64,000 nucleotides of DNA from Promethearchaeota archaeon (GTDB taxonomy: Archaea > Asgardarchaeota > Lokiarchaeia > Sigyniarchaeales > SOKP01), in assembly GCA_048938895.1 (NCBI GenBank), contig JBHLLU010000008.1:1-64000 (forward strand), in the 5' to 3' direction. This document shows positions 28,280-39,105 of the stretch, in pieces. The notes under the pieces were generated by a model, which worked only from the letters and a program-made list of their open reading frames with translations, had not been told where the DNA came from and searched no databases. Position 1 is the stretch's first letter; every line of letters starts with the position of its first letter. The position numbers and the translations under genes were made by a program.

Positions 28280-29701
28280 TTAATCCTCCTTTATTAATTT
28301 ATTGGGATCCATTAGTATTGTACACGTCACATGAGACCCTACTCCAGCATGACTTATAGCTAATCCTCTTTTTGCACCCTTCACTTGCAAACTCTCCCAA
28401 TCTTTTGGTTTTTCTCTTCCAAATCTATTCCATTTCTCTTCAGGTTCATGAATTTCATCCCATCGGTTCCAAATATGGTAACCTATTTCAGCAATCTGCA
28501 TTAAACCCGTTGCTCCTACAGCATGCATGCATCCTATTAATCCTCCACAGGGATTGCTAGGTAGTTTTCCTGGTTTTTTGTTTATTGGATTAATAACATA
28601 AGCATCTCCACTTTCAATATAAGTCCTTCCCTCTCCATAAGGTCGTATTCCAATATCTTCATAGGTTTGAATATCACTTATAGTAAAAGCATCATGTAGC
28701 TCGACTACGTCAAGATCTTCACTAGGATCAATTACACCAGACATATTATAAGCATAGTACGCAGCCATCCTAGCTGCTAAAAAACTTGAGAATCCGGGAT
28801 AACGATCTCCTCCGGGAAATCTTTTCCCTAAATCATCATATTGTCCTTTTGATTCATTTGGCAGTAAAGGTATTTTCATATCGCGACGATCTGCCACTCT
28901 TAATGTATGACTCCCCGCAGCGATATAAATTCGTAATGGTTTATCTGTAATTTCATAAGCTGTCTTTTCGTCACATACAATCCCGCATGCAGAGCCAACA
29001 CTCATTAAACAGCAGTCCAAGGCACGAAGAGGATAAGCAACAATAGGAGAGTTAAGTACATCTTCTACTGTTATTTTCATTGGCCCTTGAGCATGAGGGT
29101 TCATTCTAGCATATCCTCTATTTTTAACTGCGATTTCTGCCATAGTATGACGAAAAGATTCCTCTTCTTTTCCAAAGATTTTCCAATATCGTTGGGCCAT
29201 AACTGCATAATAACCAGTATAAATATGTCCAAGAGGAGTCTCCCAATCTTTATCTGCTGCAGCAGATATAAGATGATTTCCCTCATCCGTAGGTACTTCA
29301 TCCATTCTTTCCCATCCTAATGCTAGTGCGCAATCGCTATAACCAGATGCAACAGCTTTCACAGCTTCCCACATGGCAGAACCTCCTGTAGCACCTCCTG
29401 TCTTCACGCCGATATTGCCTAGTGGATCTAATCCAAGTCTATCATGAATCACTGCTTCTCCGAGTAGCTGATCTCCAAAATGATCAGCAAAATGACCATA
29501 ATAACAGGTATGAATATATTGCTTTAATTCAGAAGGTGTCATTTTAACGAAGTCTGCTGCGGTGGTAAATGCATCAATACATAATTCTTCTGTTCGAGTT
29601 TCAGGAAATGCACGATCGAATTTTGACATTCCAACTGTAGCTAAATACACCGGACGCATTAATTTGGGTATTTTTAATTGCTTGTCGCTAAATTTAATCA
29701 T
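28280..29701 (-). CDS. Thiolase-domain protein (archaeal, no catalytic Cys)
   Basis: KTGGATGG, ELHDAF, HAVGATG motifs. Confidence 0.85.
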   Translation of the reverse strand: MIKFSDKQLKIPKLMRPVYLATVGMSKFDRAFPETRTEELCIDAFTTAADFVKMTPSELKQYIHTCYYGHFADHFGDQLLGEAVIHDRLGLDPLGNIGVKTGGATGGSAMWEAVKAVASGYSDCALALGWERMDEVPTDEGNHLISAAADKDWETPLGHIYTGYYAVMAQRYWKIFGKEEESFRHTMAEIAVKNRGYARMNPHAQGPMKITVEDVLNSPIVAYPLRALDCCLMSVGSACGIVCDEKTAYEITDKPLRIYIAAGSHTLRVADRRDMKIPLLPNESKGQYDDLGKRFPGGDRYPGFSSFLAARMAAYYAYNMSGVIDPSEDLDVVELHDAFTISDIQTYEDIGIRPYGEGRTYIESGDAYVINPINKKPGKLPSNPCGGLIGCMHAVGATGLMQIAEIGYHIWNRWDEIHEPEEKWNRFGREKPKDWESLQVKGAKRGLAISHAGVGSHVTCTILMDPNKLIKED

Positions 29702-30010
29702 ATTCTTTTCACTTCTTAGAATTTCGATATTTCTCGAATACTAGAATTTTGTTTTCATATATTTTCGATATTTTATTTTTATGTTTTATTTAGATTAAAA
29801 GATTTCCAATTAAAACAATAGAATTTTAGTGGGAATAAAATCCTACTTTAAAAAAAAGTAAATCTCTTACTATATCTCTTGAATGAATATAAAGAATAAA
29901 TCAAATTAATTTTTATATGAGGAACTATTCAAGGTAAATGTTTATTTTAAATTACTTTTTAAAGTATATTGTAAAACATCAAAATTATACTCATTATCAA
30001 ATGATATATT

Positions 30011-31345
30011 ATGGATACAAGAATAAGTGAGTTTGATAAAATTCAGATCCAAAGATATGTCCCGGAATTGGATTTATTAAGCAATCCTGTTTTAAATGTT
30101 AAAGAAAAGACATTTTTAGCTGATCTATATGATTTTATGGAAAAAGAACTCGATTCTGACTTGAGAAAATTAGAAGATCTTAATTATTATGTAGAGGAAC
30201 CTACTCAGGAAAAGAAAAAGAATATTGTAATTGGGATAATGAAAAAATTATCTGATCATGGCTATTATTCTACAATACTTAATACCGCAGATTATGATGT
30301 GGGAAGAATTACTAGGAATGCCCTTATAGCTTATGCAATTTGTGGAGGGCGTTGGAGTGAATACAGTGAAAAATATATAGCGGGGAATTATAGTATTGAA
30401 ATGGGTAGACTCGCAGGAGGTACGCTATACTGTAATCCAGTTAATTATGCTTCTGATGAATCCCAGAAAGAAAGATTTCTAATTCCTGTTGCAAAAGACG
30501 GTCAAATTGGAGCTTCAGCTATGACAGAATTTAACGCAGGTTCAGATATATATAGTATGGAATTAAGATTGTCAGAAACAGATGATACAATCATTGCTAA
30601 AGGTAAAAAACTTTTTATCACGAATGGTATGATCGCGGATTTTATTGTTCTCTATGGACGGATGGATAATGGACAATTAGGAGCTGTGGTTGTTGACACA
30701 GAACATCAAAAATTAAAAAATTTCAGGAGTACAAGGGTAAGAACCTATGGAATGACAGATGCATTTGTAAGTAGATTAATTTTTGATAGAACAGAAATTC
30801 CTAAAGAAAATATTTTACATGGTCATGGGCTTGATATTGCATTTCATCAATTAACTGAAGAACGGTTAGTTATTAGTGCAGAAGCATTGGGGGATGCAAT
30901 GAAAAAGATACTCTATTCCCATGCTTATGCGCTTCAAAGAATGCAATTTGATAAAAGACTCCATCAATACCAAGTGATTAGATTTCCAATATCTAAAAAA
31001 ATCCGAGAGTTAAATTTAATGTTTTCAGCGCTAATTCAATATGCAAGACAAATGGATGAACATCCTGAATTAGGCAGTTCTAAATTAATGGCGGCAAATG
31101 CTATGGGATTGAAAATTAGTGCCACAGAATTAGGATTTGAGAGCGCTATCCATTGTTTTAGAACCCTAGGAGGTCGTGGATTCACACGCCAATATGCTAA
31201 TGAAATAGGATTGTTAGATCCTTATTGTATGCTCCACGGTGGGGGCTCAAATTATGTTCTTGAAGACTCAGAATCACGGAGATTCTTTAAATATAAACCT
31301 ACTAGAAGAGAAGCAGAAGATGTCATCCCGAGAATAGATTATTAA
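30011..31345 (+). CDS. Divergent acyl-CoA dehydrogenase
   Basis: AMTEFNAGSD, GKKLFITNG, R-QF, LGGRGF motifs. Confidence 0.85.
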   Translation: MDTRISEFDKIQIQRYVPELDLLSNPVLNVKEKTFLADLYDFMEKELDSDLRKLEDLNYYVEEPTQEKKKNIVIGIMKKLSDHGYYSTILNTADYDVGRITRNALIAYAICGGRWSEYSEKYIAGNYSIEMGRLAGGTLYCNPVNYASDESQKERFLIPVAKDGQIGASAMTEFNAGSDIYSMELRLSETDDTIIAKGKKLFITNGMIADFIVLYGRMDNGQLGAVVVDTEHQKLKNFRSTRVRTYGMTDAFVSRLIFDRTEIPKENILHGHGLDIAFHQLTEERLVISAEALGDAMKKILYSHAYALQRMQFDKRLHQYQVIRFPISKKIRELNLMFSALIQYARQMDEHPELGSSKLMAANAMGLKISATELGFESAIHCFRTLGGRGFTRQYANEIGLLDPYCMLHGGGSNYVLEDSESRRFFKYKPTRREAEDVIPRIDY

Positions 31346-31473
31346 AGAAGAGCTTTTAAAATCTTGTTGAAACTTTATTTTACCTTAAAATTTCTTTCTC
31401 TAATGGACTTCAGTTTTATTATAAATTTTAAGAGAATAAGTTATTAAATAATTTAATTTAATTATAATAGATA

Positions 31474-32451
31474 ATGGCTACCTACAATTCCCCAAGTTTT
31501 GACGTCACTGAATTGGTAGAACAATATCGGGGCAAGAAATTAGAGGAACTATATCAAGAAAATCATCAGATAATAAAAAATAGCATGGGAGAATTCATGG
31601 AGCTAATGTGGAAAGAAAATGACTTTCCATATAATTTGAAACTATACAAAACCAAAAAGAAATTATTATATAACCTTAAAACAGTCCATTATATTGGAGA
31701 TTTTATAGAAAATAGACTAAAAGGAAGAGGAATAAGAACACTTAAAGATTTAAGATTCTTAAATATGAAATATAGAGATTCTGCTAATAATCTCTTAGAG
31801 TTAATTCAATTAAAGGATTATAATCGTCTTAAAAATAATAAACATATTGATGATTTGGATGTTAGCTTTTGTTTTAACATTGAAGATTTTCTTTTTATTG
31901 ATATAGAAACATTAGGATTGTATGATAATGCAATAATAATTTTAGGGATTGGATTTTTTAAAAACAAGACTTATGAGATACATTCATTTTTTGCTCGTAG
32001 CTTAGAAGAAGAAATAGCAATTTGTGAGCATTTAAGAAAAGAAATTTTACCTCACTTTAAATGCTTTGTGTCTTATAATGGAAAAAGATTTGATATTCCT
32101 TACATTGCCAACCGGTTCCTATATTATTTTGATGAAAATCCCATGATCTCAGAAGATGATACCCCTTACGAAGTATCTAATACTAAATTTCACCACATAG
32201 ATCTTTACCATATTTGTCGTAACCGATTTAAAGGATTGCTTAAAAGTTTTACATTAACAAATATAGAAGATAAAGTATTGGAAATGCAAAGGGAAAATGA
32301 ACTTCCGAGCAATATGGTTCCTATTTGCTATAAGAAATATCAAAGAAATCCAAACAGGTATATTGGATTAATTAAAGAATGTATTGAACATAATTATTTT
32401 GATGTATATTCAATGCCTCTTATCCTTCATAAGTTATTAGAGGCCTTATAA
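31474..32451 (+). CDS. YprB-like RNase H-fold exonuclease domain protein
   Basis: FIDIETLGL, SYNGKRFDIPY, HIDLY, HNYFDV motifs. Confidence 0.8.
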   Translation: MATYNSPSFDVTELVEQYRGKKLEELYQENHQIIKNSMGEFMELMWKENDFPYNLKLYKTKKKLLYNLKTVHYIGDFIENRLKGRGIRTLKDLRFLNMKYRDSANNLLELIQLKDYNRLKNNKHIDDLDVSFCFNIEDFLFIDIETLGLYDNAIIILGIGFFKNKTYEIHSFFARSLEEEIAICEHLRKEILPHFKCFVSYNGKRFDIPYIANRFLYYFDENPMISEDDTPYEVSNTKFHHIDLYHICRNRFKGLLKSFTLTNIEDKVLEMQRENELPSNMVPICYKKYQRNPNRYIGLIKECIEHNYFDVYSMPLILHKLLEAL

Positions 32452-32504
32452 CAATCTAGAAAAAAGGTCGGAAGATAACGTTTCGATCTAAGAAATAAAA
32501 AGAA

Positions 32505-32885
32505 CTACTGGTTCAACAACCGCTCAAAAATTACTGAAACATCAGCATCCTTGAAAGGTTTTTTAATGTAATCTTTAGCTCCTTTTTCTATAGCTTCAGA
32601 AACCGATAGCTCTTGACCCATAGCACTTACAACGACAATTTTTGCTGATTTATCAAATTTCATTATTGTATCAATTGCTTTGAGCCCATCATAATTGGGC
32701 ATAACTAAATCCATTGTAACTAAGTCAGGTTTTAAATCTCTATATAATGAAACAGCCTCTTCTCCATTAGAAGCTTCTCCCACAACCTCAGCAATTTCTA
32801 ACTTTTCTACAATTTTTTTAAGTCTGTTCCTTACATAAGTAGCATCATCTACAATTAGAACTCCCTTTTTACCTGTTTTTTTCAT
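32505..32885 (-). CDS. CheY-like single-domain response regulator
   Basis: VDD, TMDLVMP, VVSAMGQ, KPF motifs. Confidence 0.9.
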   Translation of the reverse strand: MKKTGKKGVLIVDDATYVRNRLKKIVEKLEIAEVVGEASNGEEAVSLYRDLKPDLVTMDLVMPNYDGLKAIDTIMKFDKSAKIVVVSAMGQELSVSEAIEKGAKDYIKKPFKDADVSVIFERLLNQ

Positions 32886-33054
32886 AGGTTTTAACGACCT
32901 TTCTTAATAAGCTTATTATGACTGTAAACTAGTAAAAGAACTTTATTATAAACTTATCCAATAAGAAAAAATTACGTTATACTAAATATAACTTAGTTTA
33001 CCTGAAAGTAGATAAGTAAAGTAAGTTTAATTACAAAATATTCACTTTACATTT

Positions 33055-34746
33055 TTGATAGAAATGACTGATTTAGAGCAAAAATTGTTTGATCAAAAAT
33101 GGAATTATAAAAACCGCCAAAAATATATTAAGAATCTAAAGGAAACTCATTACGATATTATTGTAATAGGAGCAGGTATTACAGGAGCAGGAGTAGCTCG
33201 AGAAGCATCTATGAGAGGATTAAAAGTTGCAGTTGTTGATAAACAAGATTTTGCTGCTGGAACATCTTCGAGGAGTTCGAAGTTAGCTCATGGAGGTATA
33301 CGATATTTAGGGCTTGGGGATATGGATCTTGTAAGAGAGTCTACAACAGAAAGAAACTGGATGCGAATACACATTCCACATTTGGTTCGTCCAATACCAT
33401 TTCTCTTTGTTGCTCTTGAAGGAGGAAAGTATAAAAAACGGGACATTATAGGGGCTTGTAAGATTTATGATTTTCTTGGTAATGATAAATCTGAGTTCAA
33501 GAATTATAAAAACCATAAATGGTATTCTCCAGAGGAGATTTTTGAGATGGAACCGGAATTTATTAAGAAAGGAAATAAGGGAGGTGCTGTCTACTATGAT
33601 AATAATGTTGATGATGCACGGTTAACAATAGAAACATTAAAGGAAGCAATCATAAGAGATGCCGATGTAATCAATTATTGTAAAGTTACGGGGTATATTA
33701 AAGTCAATGGCAAAATTGTTGGTGTAAATTGTACTGATTTAGAAAACGATTCTGATTTTAAGATTAAAGGGACTTTAGTGGTAAATGCGACAGGAATTTG
33801 GACTGATGAGTTATTAGACAATTATCCTGAAGATATTCCAATTCCACTTATTCGCCCTACAAAGGGAGTTCATTTACAATTTAAACGAAAACATGTTAAA
33901 AATAATATGGCCACAATCATACGTTCCCTATCGGATGATAGAGCATTTTTTGTTCTCCCTCGAAATGAAAAGTTTACTATAATTGGAACCACTGACACTG
34001 ACTATAAAGATGATTTGGAAAATCCATTCTGTAATAAACAAGATGTAGATTACTTGTTAGATTCAGTAAAACATTATTTTCCTACTGCTGAGCTAGATTA
34101 TGATAATATTATATCCACTTATGCGGGGATTAGACCTTTAGTTATGCAAAAGGGTAAATCTGAAAGTGAAATCTCCCGGAAACATATAATATTCTTCTCT
34201 GACGATGGGCTTCTAACTATTGCTGGTGGAAAATTAACAGCATTCAGAAGTATGGCTGAAGATTTGTTTAAAAGGGTTGAAGAAAAAGGAATTTTTACAG
34301 ATATTCACAGAAAGAAGAATTTTTCAAAGCAAAGATATTTAATTTCCTTGAATAAACAAGAGTGGTATGAATATTTGAATAGTTCCGGAATAGATCTGGG
34401 AAAAGACGTAACTGATCATATTTATCAGCAATATGGGAAAGGAGCTTTAAAAATTCTTGATATAATAAAGGATAATCGATCATATGGAAAAAAAATCTTA
34501 GAGAATCATTATTTTATTAAGGCAGAAATAATCTATTGTTTACAATATGAATTAACACTACATCTTATCGATTTATTATGCCGTAGAACAGAAATGGCCC
34601 TTTGGATTAGTCATAAAAATGCAACTGAAGCAGCAACAAATGTTGCTGATATAATGGCAGTAGAATATAATTGGAATGAAGTGAAGAAAAAAGAAGAAAT
34701 AAATGCCTACACTGAATATATTAAAAAAACAGTCTCTTTTCTCTAA
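33055..34746 (+). CDS. glpD: FAD-dependent glycerol-3-phosphate dehydrogenase
   Basis: GAGITGAG, DFAAGTSSRSSKLAHGG, DDARL, GGKLT motifs. Confidence 0.9.
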   Translation: MIEMTDLEQKLFDQKWNYKNRQKYIKNLKETHYDIIVIGAGITGAGVAREASMRGLKVAVVDKQDFAAGTSSRSSKLAHGGIRYLGLGDMDLVRESTTERNWMRIHIPHLVRPIPFLFVALEGGKYKKRDIIGACKIYDFLGNDKSEFKNYKNHKWYSPEEIFEMEPEFIKKGNKGGAVYYDNNVDDARLTIETLKEAIIRDADVINYCKVTGYIKVNGKIVGVNCTDLENDSDFKIKGTLVVNATGIWTDELLDNYPEDIPIPLIRPTKGVHLQFKRKHVKNNMATIIRSLSDDRAFFVLPRNEKFTIIGTTDTDYKDDLENPFCNKQDVDYLLDSVKHYFPTAELDYDNIISTYAGIRPLVMQKGKSESEISRKHIIFFSDDGLLTIAGGKLTAFRSMAEDLFKRVEEKGIFTDIHRKKNFSKQRYLISLNKQEWYEYLNSSGIDLGKDVTDHIYQQYGKGALKILDIIKDNRSYGKKILENHYFIKAEIIYCLQYELTLHLIDLLCRRTEMALWISHKNATEAATNVADIMAVEYNWNEVKKKEEINAYTEYIKKTVSFL

Positions 34747-34858
34747 GAATTTGCTTCCTTAATTTTTTTGAAATATTGGACTATATATTTTTAATAAATA
34801 TTGTTTTATATATTCATTATAATAATATATCCAAAATTAAATTATAGTGTGAAACATC

Positions 34859-35521
34859 TTGATTTTTGCGTGGGATTTTAAAGAGAATCTATTGATACCC
34901 CTAGGTGAATTAGGTGGGTTTTTCATGATCCTATTGGGAATTATATGGTTACTTTATGCCATATATGAAACAAAGAGAAGGAAATCATTCAAAAAGAGAA
35001 AAGTGGAAGACTGGGATTTTGATATAACCAAATTTTTGAAAGTATTAACATATTTAGGTTTTGTTGTTGGATTGCTATGTATAGTATCGGGAGTTTCTGG
35101 GTTAATGTTTAGGATTCCTCCAAGTGTAGCATATTTAGAAGATGATCGCAGTCTTTTTACATCCATTCTCTTAATTGTAGTGGGGATCTTAACATTTGTA
35201 AAACCTGCAAATGATCTTCCCCTTGCCAGTATAGTTGGAATGCTAGTAGCTACACTTGTTGTAATTTTACTGGCTCTTCTCTTACCCCAAACCGTCATTG
35301 ATTTAATAGCAGTATTTATAAATCCTAAGATTTTATTGGCAATTGTATTTATAATAATTTTTGCTATTGTCGCCCTCACTGCTAAATTTTACACTGCAGG
35401 TTTTATGGCCGTTTCTAAAGCAATTTCATGGCCACCATTAGCAATTATTGTTGCTCTATTCTGCTTTATCCAAGGATTTTTATTAGTAGTAATAGGGGTT
35501 TCAATCTCAGGGGTTTTCTAA
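34859..35521 (+). CDS. Multi-pass membrane protein, unknown function
   Basis: About six hydrophobic segments. Confidence 0.7.
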   Translation: MIFAWDFKENLLIPLGELGGFFMILLGIIWLLYAIYETKRRKSFKKRKVEDWDFDITKFLKVLTYLGFVVGLLCIVSGVSGLMFRIPPSVAYLEDDRSLFTSILLIVVGILTFVKPANDLPLASIVGMLVATLVVILLALLLPQTVIDLIAVFINPKILLAIVFIIIFAIVALTAKFYTAGFMAVSKAISWPPLAIIVALFCFIQGFLLVVIGVSISGVF

Positions 35522-35551
35522 TTCAAAAATTTTTTTAATTTTTTTTGATTT

Positions 35552-36664
35552 TTAGAAGAGACTAAACCTATGTAAAGGATTTCGATTTATTTCTCCAATA
35601 ATATCATTACTGAGATCGTACATACAATTTGGGCATTCTTTCGTTTCAGTGACATCTATTTTCTTAAAAGTGTAGCCTCTTCTCTCAAATAGTAAATGTC
35701 CACATTTGGGGCAATAAGTATTACTTCCTTGTTCATGATTTATATTTCCTACATAAGGAAAATATAATCCCGCTTCTTTGGCAACGTGATATGCCATGTT
35801 TAATGTAGTATAGGGTGTTCTCTTCTCTGAAGGGGATTTAAAATCGGGATGGTAAGCTGAAAAATGGGTAGGTGTATCCTTACCTAAGTTATCAACTATC
35901 CAGTTACATAATTTCTTAATATCTTCTCTACTATCGTTTAAATCAGGGATTATTAAATTTGTGATTTCAATATGCATAGCATTTTGTTTAAAAAATTTAG
36001 CAGTATCTAAAACTGGTTTGACGGATTTAACTCCACATATTTTTTTATAGAAATCATCCGACATTGCTTTAATATCAATATTAGCTGCGTCAATACCTAG
36101 TTCCACAAGTTCTTTTGAAGCTTCTGGGGTCGAGTAACCATTTGTGACTAAAATTGTTTTGATGTTTTCTTTCTTAAGCAGTTTTGCAGTGTCTAAAATA
36201 TATTCATGCCAGATTAATGGTTCATTATAAGTATATGCCAAAGTCCTTGCTCCACTCTTGATAACTCTTTTTACTAATTGCTCAGGAGTCATCTCAACCA
36301 TTGACATTCCTCTTCCCTCCAAACCCTCAAGATCATAAAAACCATTCTTTCCATTATCTGTAGGATTTGCCTGTGAAATTGACCAATTTTGGCAATTTTG
36401 ACACTTAAAAGAGCACCCTATTGATGCTATTGAATAAGCTGTTGCTCCTGGCCAAAAATTATAAAGTGGTTTTTTTTCTATAGGATCTAAACTTCCCGGA
36501 GAAATCAGAGATCCATAAATAAGAGTGAATAGTTCTCCATCAATATTTTTTCTTGTTCGGCAAATTCCCACCTTTCCAGGAAAAATAATGCATTCATTAG
36601 CACAAACATGACATTTAACTTTTCTATCATCAATTCTTTCCCATAATTTTGCTATAACTTTCAA
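35552..36664 (-). CDS. amrS: AmmeMemoRadiSam system radical SAM enzyme
   Basis: CHVCANEC, DPIEKKPLY, CSFKCQNCQNW, YTYNEP motifs. Confidence 0.9.
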   Translation of the reverse strand: MKVIAKLWERIDDRKVKCHVCANECIIFPGKVGICRTRKNIDGELFTLIYGSLISPGSLDPIEKKPLYNFWPGATAYSIASIGCSFKCQNCQNWSISQANPTDNGKNGFYDLEGLEGRGMSMVEMTPEQLVKRVIKSGARTLAYTYNEPLIWHEYILDTAKLLKKENIKTILVTNGYSTPEASKELVELGIDAANIDIKAMSDDFYKKICGVKSVKPVLDTAKFFKQNAMHIEITNLIIPDLNDSREDIKKLCNWIVDNLGKDTPTHFSAYHPDFKSPSEKRTPYTTLNMAYHVAKEAGLYFPYVGNINHEQGSNTYCPKCGHLLFERRGYTFKKIDVTETKECPNCMYDLSNDIIGEINRNPLHRFSLF

Positions 36665-36786
36665 AAGAGATTCCTACTTTTTTATATTAATTAGCATTTA
36701 TATCTCTAGATCTATAATAGATATGAAATGTTATATTTATTATACTTATAGAAGAATGTTTATAACAAAACATAGAGGTATTTCTT

Positions 36787-37221
36787 ATTTCAATAGTAGA
36801 AGAAGCTATTTCTCACTTTAAGGATAATTATAACTGTGCTCAATCGATATTTGGAACTTTTAGTAATCAATACGGATTAGATGAAAATACAGCTCTAAAA
36901 ATAGCTAGTGGTTTTGGTGGTGGAATGGCAAGGTTTGGGAGAACCTGCGGTGCCGTTTCTGGAGCTTATATGGTTATCGGATTAAAATATGGTATGGGAA
37001 AAGATATGAATCCTGAATTAAAAGAAAAGACTTATGAAGTTATTAGAGAATTTTCAAGACGATTTCGAGAGATTCATGGTTCGGAGATATGTAAAGAGTT
37101 ACTTGGGTGTGATATAAATACTCCAGAAGGTAAACTTTACTATGGTCAAAATGAATTTTTTGAAAAGAAATGTCTCCAATATGTTAAAAACGCAGCGGAA
37201 ATATTAGAAGATATGCTTTAA
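36787..37221 (+). CDS. C-GCAxxG-C-C family putative redox protein (extended upstream of ORF-track start; apparent ATT start)
   Basis: In-frame upstream sequence encodes the conserved YNCAQS and ASGFGGGM; TCGAVSG; GAGGT SD 7 nt before ATT 36787. Confidence 0.82.
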   Translation: MSIVEEAISHFKDNYNCAQSIFGTFSNQYGLDENTALKIASGFGGGMARFGRTCGAVSGAYMVIGLKYGMGKDMNPELKEKTYEVIREFSRRFREIHGSEICKELLGCDINTPEGKLYYGQNEFFEKKCLQYVKNAAEILEDML

Positions 37222-37255
37222 AAGATTAGAGAAACCATTGTAAATATGAGGTTCT

Positions 37256-38185
37256 ATGACAGAAAATGAACTCAATAAAGAAGAACTTGAGGAACTTTTA
37301 AAACGAAAGGAAGAGAATCTAAAAGAACTTGAAAAATTTGGTAAAAATTCAAACTTTATTAAAGAATTAAGTGATATCGCTTTAATCCAATTACAATTAG
37401 AATCTTATTCTGACTCAGAGAAAAATTACTTAATATGCTTAAAACATTTTGAAAAACAAAAAGATAGGTTAGGACAAGCTTCTGTATACGGACTACTGGG
37501 AACTCTTCATTTTAAGACAAAGGCTTTTCAACAATCACTTGAATTTTATAAAAAAGCTTATAATATTTATGATGAATTAATGCAAATTCCAGAAAAAGTC
37601 GAATGCTTGAAATGGATCGGTATCAATTTGATAAAACTAAATCAATTGGATGAAGCATGCGATGTTTTTTTAGATTGTAGTGTGATTTGTTCTGACAAAG
37701 GTGATATATATAGTTTATTAGATTGTTTGGGGAATTTAATTTATATATATGAAAACACTGGACAATGGGATATTGTATTCGAATTATATAAAAAAACGTT
37801 GAAAACTTTTAAGGAAATAAAAGATTCTAAAGGAATAATTACTTCATATTTCAACTTAGGAATTCTCAAGAAGAAAATTGATGATATGAGGGGCGCTTTA
37901 CTATATTTTAAGAAGGGTACAAATATTGCAATTGATTCTAACTATATTGAGTTAATTATTAAAGGATTAGGCTATACTGGAGAAACCTTATTTTATTTAG
38001 GTGAAGTGAGGGAAGCTAAATCCCAATTTATAAAAGCTTTATATTTATCTGAGAAAATTAATGCAGAAAATGCAAATGTTCAGTTAAAAATCTTACTCCA
38101 ATCACTTGGATTAGATAATAATCAGATTTTGGATGAATTAAAGAAGTATAAAGAAAGTAAAAATAAGGAATTAAGAAAATTTTGA
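37256..38185 (+). CDS. Tetratricopeptide-repeat protein
   Basis: Repeated helical LG..Y...A units. Confidence 0.8.
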   Translation: MTENELNKEELEELLKRKEENLKELEKFGKNSNFIKELSDIALIQLQLESYSDSEKNYLICLKHFEKQKDRLGQASVYGLLGTLHFKTKAFQQSLEFYKKAYNIYDELMQIPEKVECLKWIGINLIKLNQLDEACDVFLDCSVICSDKGDIYSLLDCLGNLIYIYENTGQWDIVFELYKKTLKTFKEIKDSKGIITSYFNLGILKKKIDDMRGALLYFKKGTNIAIDSNYIELIIKGLGYTGETLFYLGEVREAKSQFIKALYLSEKINAENANVQLKILLQSLGLDNNQILDELKKYKESKNKELRKF

Positions 38186-38956
38186 AAAATCAGGTTTTCT
38201 CTTTTCAAAAAACGCTTTAAAAGCTTCCTGAGCTTCAGGGGATCTCTGTCTTCTTCTAAACTCCGCACCTTCATCAGGCATTAATTTCTCAAGAAATCCC
38301 ATATAATGTTTTTTGACATATGCTTTAGTCTGTCGTAAAGCTTCTGGGGGTTTTTCTGCTAATTTTTCAGCTAGATGAGTTGTCTCATTTATAAGATCGT
38401 TTTCTGGGAAAATTTTATTAATAATCCCCATCCTATTTGCGTCTTGCACGCTGAACCAATCACCGAAGAAGAAAAGTTCAGCAGCTCGTTGACGTCCTAT
38501 TAATTCTGGTAAGGTAAACGTCGATCCAAATTCAGGTATTAATCCTAAATTTACAAATGGAAATTGAAATCTAGTACCCTCTGCAGCATATACCAAATCA
38601 AAGTGTAATAACATAGTAACTCCAATTCCAATTGCATACCCATGTACCGCAGCTAATATTGGTTTTTTTGCTGTTAAAATTGATTGACTCCAATTTCTAA
38701 TCGGTCTGTTCTCTGAAGAGGATTCAGTATTTTGAAAATCTCTTAAATCATTTCCGGCACAAAAGCATTTACCACTACCATAAATTAAAATCACTCTCAT
38801 CTTTGGATCATTTTCAGCTTTATCTATTCCCTCACCAAGTTTTTCATACATAGTCCTGTTGAGAGCATTCCTTTTTTCTGGTCTATTAAAAATGATGTGA
38901 AAAACACCATTTTCAAGCTTAAAAATAACTGTATCAGTCAATTCTATAAACACCAT
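38171..38956 (-). CDS. Enoyl-CoA hydratase/isomerase family protein
   Basis: NRPEKRNAL, FCAGNDL, AVHGYAIGIG, LGLIPEFGS motifs. Confidence 0.92.
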   Translation of the reverse strand: MVFIELTDTVIFKLENGVFHIIFNRPEKRNALNRTMYEKLGEGIDKAENDPKMRVILIYGSGKCFCAGNDLRDFQNTESSSENRPIRNWSQSILTAKKPILAAVHGYAIGIGVTMLLHFDLVYAAEGTRFQFPFVNLGLIPEFGSTFTLPELIGRQRAAELFFFGDWFSVQDANRMGIINKIFPENDLINETTHLAEKLAEKPPEALRQTKAYVKKHYMGFLEKLMPDEGAEFRRRQRSPEAQEAFKAFFEKRKPDFSKFS

Positions 38957-39105
38957 TTAAATAGTTTTAATAATAGAGTAAATGTCCCATTACTTTAAAA
39001 AAGAAAGGTTTGATAAATTAAATTAGATCTATTTGAAAATTAACTTTATGCTTTCTTATGGTTAATAATTTTGAAGTCCTATTTAATGCCTGGTTATTCA
39101 AAAAC

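Noticed and set aside
29720-29850. Short direct repeats (TTTCGATATTT twice) and a weak hairpin in the divergent thiolase/ACAD spacer
   Set aside because: May be operator sites, but too short and AT-rich to separate from chance.
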